A stretch of DNA of 56,864 bases from Gammaproteobacteria bacterium (GTDB lineage: Bacteria > Pseudomonadota > Gammaproteobacteria > Eutrophobiales > Eutrophobiaceae), in the NCBI GenBank assembly GCA_051275005.1, contig JBNMOP010000001.1, forward strand, positions 1 to 56,864, read 5' to 3'. Both the position numbers and the translations under genes were made by a program. Below, piece by piece: positions 51,915-56,864 of the stretch. The notes beneath the pieces were generated by a model, which searched no databases, had not been told where the DNA came from, and saw only the letters and a list, made by a program, of their open reading frames with translations. How positions within the stretch are numbered: the first letter of the stretch is position 1; each line of letters starts with the position of its first letter.

Positions 51915-52391
51915 TTATGCTTCACGGATAAGGAACAATGGTTGACCGAACTCTACCGGGTCTCCGTTTTCAACCATGACACGACTTACTATACCTCTAG
52001 CATCTGCTTCGATTTGATTCATAATTTTCATAGCTTCGATTATACAAACCACATCACCAATTTTTACCTCTTTACCATGTTCCAGAAATGGCGCCTTATC
52101 TGGCCCAGGCGAACTATAAAAAATACCAACCATAGGTGCTCGTATATAGTTTCCTTCAATTTCACGAGATTCATCTACTACCTCTGGTCGTGATGAGTCA
52201 ATAATTTGTGAGGCTATATTCGTTGTCTGGCGTAACTCATTAGCAGGCACATGTACAACCGTTTGCGCATGTTCAGGTACAGTACCAAATCGGCTGATTC
52301 GAACCGATTCTTCTCCCTCATGAATTTCAATTTCTGAAACCTCGGACTCTTCCAGCATTTCAATCAGTTTTTTAACTTTACGAATATCCAT
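51915..52391 (-). CDS. accB: Acetyl-CoA carboxylase, biotin carboxyl carrier protein
   Basis: MDIRKVKKLIEMLEESEVSEIEI matches the E. coli AccB N-terminus. Biotinylation motif EAMKIMN. ATG at 52391 is preferred over the track start at 52406. Confidence 0.93.
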   Translation of the reverse strand: MDIRKVKKLIEMLEESEVSEIEIHEGEESVRISRFGTVPEHAQTVVHVPANELRQTTNIASQIIDSSRPEVVDESREIEGNYIRAPMVGIFYSSPGPDKAPFLEHGKEVKIGDVVCIIEAMKIMNQIEADARGIVSRVMVENGDPVEFGQPLFLIREA

Positions 52392-52392
52392 T

Positions 52393-52839
52393 TTATCTGT
52401 TTTCACCTAGACTTTTATTTATGGCATTTAGAGCAAAGAGATATCCCTGGGCACCCAGACCACTTATCACCCCTACTGCCAAATCGGAAAGAACGGAATG
52501 CTGTCGAAATTTTTCACGCGAAAAGACATTGGACAGATGAACTTCTATAAAGGGAATATCAACACCTAACAAGGAATCTCTTAGTGCTATACTGGTATGC
52601 GTAAAGGCCCCCGGGTTAATGATAATAAAAGACACACTCTGTTCATGAGCGAGGTGAATTCGGTCAATTAATTCATGCTCAGCATTGCTTTGGAAATGAC
52701 TTAACTCATGGCCTAGTTCTTCAGCAGCTGCTATTAACATCTGGTTGATCTCAGGCAGAGTAGTCGAACCATATATTTCTGGCTCACGCTTACCCAAAAG
52801 ATTAAGATTAGGCCCATTTAAGACCAATAATGATGCCAT
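52393..52839 (-). CDS. aroQ: Type II 3-dehydroquinate dehydratase
   Basis: [36 protein letters not shown]; 148 aa. Confidence 0.93.
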   Translation of the reverse strand: MASLLVLNGPNLNLLGKREPEIYGSTTLPEINQMLIAAAEELGHELSHFQSNAEHELIDRIHLAHEQSVSFIIINPGAFTHTSIALRDSLLGVDIPFIEVHLSNVFSREKFRQHSVLSDLAVGVISGLGAQGYLFALNAINKSLGENR

Positions 52840-52952
52840 TGTGACCCCGAAAAGATTCTAAATAAATTATTATTTTTATTGCAGTTAACCACTTATTGCA
52901 GAGATTATCAGAAAATAGACGAAATTACGAGAAACGCTTTCTGGGTTTAGAT

Positions 52953-53528
52953 TTACAACAATTCTTTTATTAAGGTCTCAACTTCATCCGCAACAATTGG
53001 CCCTGCCTTGGTATAAACAATGGTGCCCGCCCTATCTATAATTGCCGTATAAGGTAATGCTCCAATTAAATTTCCATACATTTCAGCAATAACAATAACT
53101 GGCGCCTCTCCTGCAAGAACAGGATAATTTATATTATATTCACGCATAAAATTGGCTAACCCATCTGGCTTTTGCAAGGCAATTCCAACCAGCTGTAATT
53201 CCTCGTCCTTATATTTTTCCTGCAGAGATACCAAGTCAGGAATTTCCTTTAAACACGGTAAGCACCATGTTGCCCAAAAATTTAAAAGCAAAACCTTACC
53301 ATCCCATTGGATTACATTTTGGAGATTTCCATCAACATCCAATAATGAAAATTCAGGGCGTGACTTTCCAATAATATTGGCAATTAATGGCTGCCTAACC
53401 TTTGAGGAAATATTTTCATCTGTAAGAAAATTAATTATCTCAGGCTCATCGCTTTTTTGCTGGACAAAAAAGCCGATACCAATAAAAATAATTGAAACTA
53501 TTATCAGCCCAGGCGTCTGATATCTCAT
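52953..53528 (-). CDS. TlpA/ResA-family thiol:disulfide oxidoreductase (membrane-anchored thioredoxin fold)
   Basis: N-terminal anchor, WATWCLPC active site; 191 aa. 4-nt overlap with dsbD. Confidence 0.8.
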   Translation of the reverse strand: MRYQTPGLIIVSIIFIGIGFFVQQKSDEPEIINFLTDENISSKVRQPLIANIIGKSRPEFSLLDVDGNLQNVIQWDGKVLLLNFWATWCLPCLKEIPDLVSLQEKYKDEELQLVGIALQKPDGLANFMREYNINYPVLAGEAPVIVIAEMYGNLIGALPYTAIIDRAGTIVYTKAGPIVADEVETLIKELL

Positions 53529-55417
53529 ATATTATTTTGTGTGGCTTGCCTTACGTGTTCTGAAAAAACATCCGGCGCCACAAAACCATATAGTCGATAG
53601 GCAGTACGTTCTTCTTTATCATGCCCAAAAAATAATATTGCAGGAGGTCCATAGATACCAAAAAATTTTAACAATTCTTTATCCTCTGCATCGTTTGCAG
53701 TTACATCTGCCTGAATTAATATTACATTCTCAAGCGCCTGCTGCACCTTGGTATCCGGAAAGGTATTTGATTCCATTCTGATACACTCAATACACCAGTC
53801 GGCATAAAAATCGAGCATAACCGTCTTTCTTTCAAGACTGGCCTGCTGTAATACTGCATTTAAATCAGTAACGCTTTTAATATGTTTAAATGCCAGTTTA
53901 TGGTCAGCCTCGTTATTACCCACACCTTTACTGACAACACCTTGTAAAGGCCTAAACACATTGGTACTACCTGATGATGCACCAATCACTAATAGAGCGC
54001 CATAAATTAACATTATAAAACCCAGGCCTTTCCATAATCTGGGCCAGCTATCGTTTTCCTTAAGTTGATCCAGGGCACCCATATATATTGCAGAAACGAT
54101 CAACAAAGCTCCCCATAAGTACAACTCAACCACTGGCGAGATAACGCGCGCTAAAAACCAGATTGCTAATGCCAGCAAACCTACGCCAAAAACTTTTTTT
54201 ACACTTTCCATCCAGGAACCGGCTCTGGGTAAAAGCGTACCAGCAGACCCCCCAATAATCAGTAAGGGCACACCCATACCTATGCCCATGGAAAAAAGTG
54301 CCATTCCTCCTAAAACTTTATCACCAGTCTGAGAGATATACGCTAATGCCCCCACCAATGGTGGGGCAATACAAGGGCCGACTATAATGGCAGAAACTGC
54401 GCCCATAATCGCTACGCCTGATAATGAACCGCCGGCCTGACTATTGCAGACACGGGTAAGCCTGCTTTGGATTCCTGCAGGGAGTTGTATGTCATAAAAT
54501 CCAAACATAGATAGGGCCAATGCGACAAAAATAAGAGAAAATATCGATATCACCCAAACATTTTGAGCAGCAGCCTGGATATTAATTCCCGCCAAGGCAG
54601 CAAGTACACCTACCACTGCGTAGGTTAATGCCATAGCCAAAACATACACTAATGAAAGAACAAAACCTTTGCTTGGGGTAATAGTTTCTTCTTGCCCTAC
54701 TATAATACCAGACAAGATTGGGATCATTGGAAACACACAAGGGGTCATTGAAAGCAGTAACCCTGCACCGAAAAATAACAATAGATTCAAGACTACTCCA
54801 CCGCTTATCAATCTTTGAGTGAAGCTGTCCTGTTCTGAGATCATTGGCTGTGTAGCGACCTGTGACGCTATACCGTTACTCGCCGCAGTTGAAAAATCTG
54901 ATACACCCGTGTTGGAAATAACATTCAAAACTAATGGTATTGTTTTCTTTATGGGTGGATAACATAATGAATTATCTTTACAGCCCTGATAGCCATAGCT
55001 CAAGGTAACCTGGGATTGCTCCAGATTGTTTCTGATAATTGGGACAAAAATATCAAATGTGCCAATATTTACTTCGATCTCACCAAATGCAGGGTCTTTC
55101 TTTATCTTTCCTGGAGGAATAACAATGGCATCGTTGTTGACCCGCGCATCTCCTTCAGTAATATTAAAATTGAATTTATCGTGATACAGGTAATATCCAT
55201 CTTCGATAAAAACATTAAACTTGATTAATTCTGGCGTAACAATTGTGGCTGATGTAATAAATGCTTCGTCAGGATGCAAAAATTGTTGTTCAGGTGATTT
55301 ATTTAACAGACCGCCGATATTTTGCAATCGTTCACTAATTGACTGGGCATGACTGCCTAGTGAAGCAAATATTAGCAACAGCGATAAAAGATTTTTTATA
55401 CTATTCATTTTCATCAA
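53525..55417 (-). CDS. dsbD: Thiol:disulfide interchange protein DsbD
   Basis: Signal peptide, N-terminal domain with YQGCKDNSLCYPP, a membrane core with CVFPMIPILSG and IVGPCIAPPL, and a C-terminal thioredoxin domain with ADWCIEC; 630 aa. Confidence 0.92.
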   Translation of the reverse strand: MMKMNSIKNLLSLLLIFASLGSHAQSISERLQNIGGLLNKSPEQQFLHPDEAFITSATIVTPELIKFNVFIEDGYYLYHDKFNFNITEGDARVNNDAIVIPPGKIKKDPAFGEIEVNIGTFDIFVPIIRNNLEQSQVTLSYGYQGCKDNSLCYPPIKKTIPLVLNVISNTGVSDFSTAASNGIASQVATQPMISEQDSFTQRLISGGVVLNLLLFFGAGLLLSMTPCVFPMIPILSGIIVGQEETITPSKGFVLSLVYVLAMALTYAVVGVLAALAGINIQAAAQNVWVISIFSLIFVALALSMFGFYDIQLPAGIQSRLTRVCNSQAGGSLSGVAIMGAVSAIIVGPCIAPPLVGALAYISQTGDKVLGGMALFSMGIGMGVPLLIIGGSAGTLLPRAGSWMESVKKVFGVGLLALAIWFLARVISPVVELYLWGALLIVSAIYMGALDQLKENDSWPRLWKGLGFIMLIYGALLVIGASSGSTNVFRPLQGVVSKGVGNNEADHKLAFKHIKSVTDLNAVLQQASLERKTVMLDFYADWCIECIRMESNTFPDTKVQQALENVILIQADVTANDAEDKELLKFFGIYGPPAILFFGHDKEERTAYRLYGFVAPDVFSEHVRQATQNNI

Positions 55418-55446
55418 TAGGATTGCACATTAATGAATACACTACA

Positions 55447-55779
55447 TTATTCTTTCGCAGTGTTACTATCAATCCAGGATAAATAGGCATCCAGACCCTC
55501 TGCAATTGGTATAGCAATAACTTCAGGCACCTCATAAGGATGTATTGCCTTGATACGATTTTCTAAATCAGGATAGCGTTCAGTAGTCGTTTTGATAATT
55601 AAAAGGAGCTCTTCAGATGTATCAACTCTGTTTTGCCATCGGAAAAATGATTGAACGCCAGATATAACCTGGACGCAGGCACCGAGTTTTTCAATAACCA
55701 CATCGTTAGCAATCTTTTTTGCTGTAATTGTGCCTGGACAGGTGGTCAAGACCAGAAGATGTTTAACCTGTTTTGTCAT
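55447..55779 (-). CDS. cutA: Divalent-cation tolerance protein CutA
   Basis: 110 aa; VLTTCP...ACVQV...SFFRWQN...HPYEVPE pattern; upstream of dsbD as in E. coli. Confidence 0.88.
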   Translation of the reverse strand: MTKQVKHLLVLTTCPGTITAKKIANDVVIEKLGACVQVISGVQSFFRWQNRVDTSEELLLIIKTTTERYPDLENRIKAIHPYEVPEVIAIPIAEGLDAYLSWIDSNTAKE

Positions 55780-55881
55780 AGTGATATTCTTAATGTTTTC
55801 CAGATATAGTGTTGAATTCTCTTATTTTGCCAATACATTAGTAATTAAGCCATTTTTCTTTAGTGATCCAATGAATAAATT

Positions 55882-56346
55882 ATGTTCAAATTTCTTTTTT
55901 TAAGCTTTCTGCTAGTACCACTAGCTGAACTTTATGTTCTCATCCAGGTTGGATCTGTATTTGGCGCCCTTACTACAATCGGATTATGTCTATTTACTGC
56001 TGCGCTCGGGGCAGTATTGCTCAGATTACAGGGTATTGAGACATTAAAGCGTGTTCAATCCCGAATTCAGCAAGGACAAATGCCGGCCACGGACCTCATA
56101 GAGGGATTTATTCTTCTGGTTTCCGGTCTGTTATTGCTTACGCCCGGATTATTAACCGATTTAGCAGGTTTTCTTTGCCTTGTGCCGGGATTACGTACTG
56201 CTATAGCACTCTTTTTCCTTGGCCAGGTGGTTCTCAAATATAAACCCGGATCAGATCAACGAACTGTTATCGTTGAAGGAGAGTTCTGGGATGAAGAAAA
56301 AAAACAACTCAATATCACCCCGGACAATCAAAACAAAGATTTATAG
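55882..56346 (+). CDS. fxsA: FxsA family membrane protein
   Basis: LLVPLAELYVLIQVGSVFG, LLLLTPGLLTDLAGFLCLVPGLR; 154 aa. Confidence 0.85.
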   Translation: MFKFLFLSFLLVPLAELYVLIQVGSVFGALTTIGLCLFTAALGAVLLRLQGIETLKRVQSRIQQGQMPATDLIEGFILLVSGLLLLTPGLLTDLAGFLCLVPGLRTAIALFFLGQVVLKYKPGSDQRTVIVEGEFWDEEKKQLNITPDNQNKDL

Positions 56347-56425
56347 GCTCCAATCCAGAAATTCTCATTATATAAGCAACATCCCTGTCCCGGATGAAAT
56401 TATACAAGACAAAAAGCATTACTAC

Positions 56426-56864
56426 CTACCAACCTCTGTTAGATCGAATTATTTCATAAGCCTTTCTTATTTCCTGGGTTCGATCGGTCGCTATTCTTAT
56501 CATTTCATCCGGCAAGCCTTTTGATACCAATTTATCAGGATGATGCTGACTCATTAATCTCCTGTAGGCCTTTTTTATCTCTGCATCACTAGCATCTTTA
56601 GACGCCCCCAACACTTTATAGGCATCTTTTATATTATGTTTGGTGTCCTGTTGATGAAGACCGGCATTGACTGAGGCTAGCAAGCTCTCTAGTTCATATC
56701 GATCAAATCTGATTACATCACATACATGTAATAGTAGTTGTTTTTCATTTGGATGAATTGTGCCATCGGCACCGGCCGCAAGACATTGAATTTCCAGGAA
56801 CATCCTTTTTAATGTCAGTCGGTGACCAATCTCATTTCTTAATTGAACTAAAACATCGTCTAAA
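56426..56864 (-). CDS. djlA: Co-chaperone DjlA, C-terminal part (gene runs off the right edge)
   Basis: C-terminal J domain (AYKVLGASKDASDAEIKKAYRRLMSQHHPDKL) preceded by a TerB-like segment (AAGADGTIHPNEKQLLL). The frame stays open upstream of the track ATG as far as position 56864. Confidence 0.85.
   Translation of the reverse strand, partial: LDDVLVQLRNEIGHRLTLKRMFLEIQCLAAGADGTIHPNEKQLLLHVCDVIRFDRYELESLLASVNAGLHQQDTKHNIKDAYKVLGASKDASDAEIKKAYRRLMSQHHPDKLVSKGLPDEMIRIATDRTQEIRKAYEIIRSNRGW

Noticed and set aside
56219-56524. 101-aa plus-strand ORF overlapping the end of fxsA and the end of djlA.
   Set aside because: It overlaps two confidently assigned genes in alternative frames or strands and has no motif support.
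1-56864. CRISPR arrays, tRNA/rRNA genes, IS elements, toxin-antitoxin or defence-system genes.
   Set aside because: I scanned the intergenic regions and found no regularly spaced direct repeats, no tRNA-like T-arm motif outside coding sequence (GGTTCGAA occurs only inside dusB), and no transposase, integrase or nuclease-type ORFs.

Overview
This is a 56.9-kb, AT-rich (roughly 40% GC by eye) chromosomal segment. Gene order points to a gammaproteobacterium: it carries the Pseudomonas/E. coli-like blocks ygfB-pepP-ubiH-ubiI opposite zapA-6S RNA, and accB-accC-prmA-DUF3426-dusB-fis-purH-purD. The left ~17 kb is the non-housekeeping part. It holds a tightly packed minus-strand operon (16.9 kb down to 2.1 kb) that starts with a sigma-54 NtrC-type response regulator. 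The operon then encodes an MSHA/type II secretion-like type IV filament machine: an ExeA/MshM ATPase, a lipoprotein secretin, a GspB/MshN-like TPR protein, a GspE/MshE ATPase with MshEN-type N-terminal motifs, and a GspF/MshG platform. These are followed by a fused PilM-PilN/GspL-like protein, a PilO/GspM-like protein and a PilP/MshK-like protein. Only two pilin-like genes are present: a 661-aa PilX/GspK-type protein and a 270-aa prepilin. A multi-TM histidine kinase gene converges on the operon, and the two stop codons overlap. No small major pilin, no prepilin peptidase and no GspH/I/J-type minor pilins are in the window, and the gene order is a permutation of canonical msh loci. This is my best candidate for an undescribed variant system. 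The other ~40 kb is core metabolism and housekeeping: metF-ahcY-metK with an SAH riboswitch before ahcY, tkt-gap-pgk-pyk-fba (class I), purC, speD, glnS, rpiA, dtd, hemF, hisBH, an HU-like gene, aroQ, tlpA-like/dsbD/cutA, fxsA and a truncated djlA. I found no CRISPR array, tRNA/rRNA gene, transposase, integrase or prophage signature. All calls come from reading the sequence and ORF translations by eye; no searches were run.
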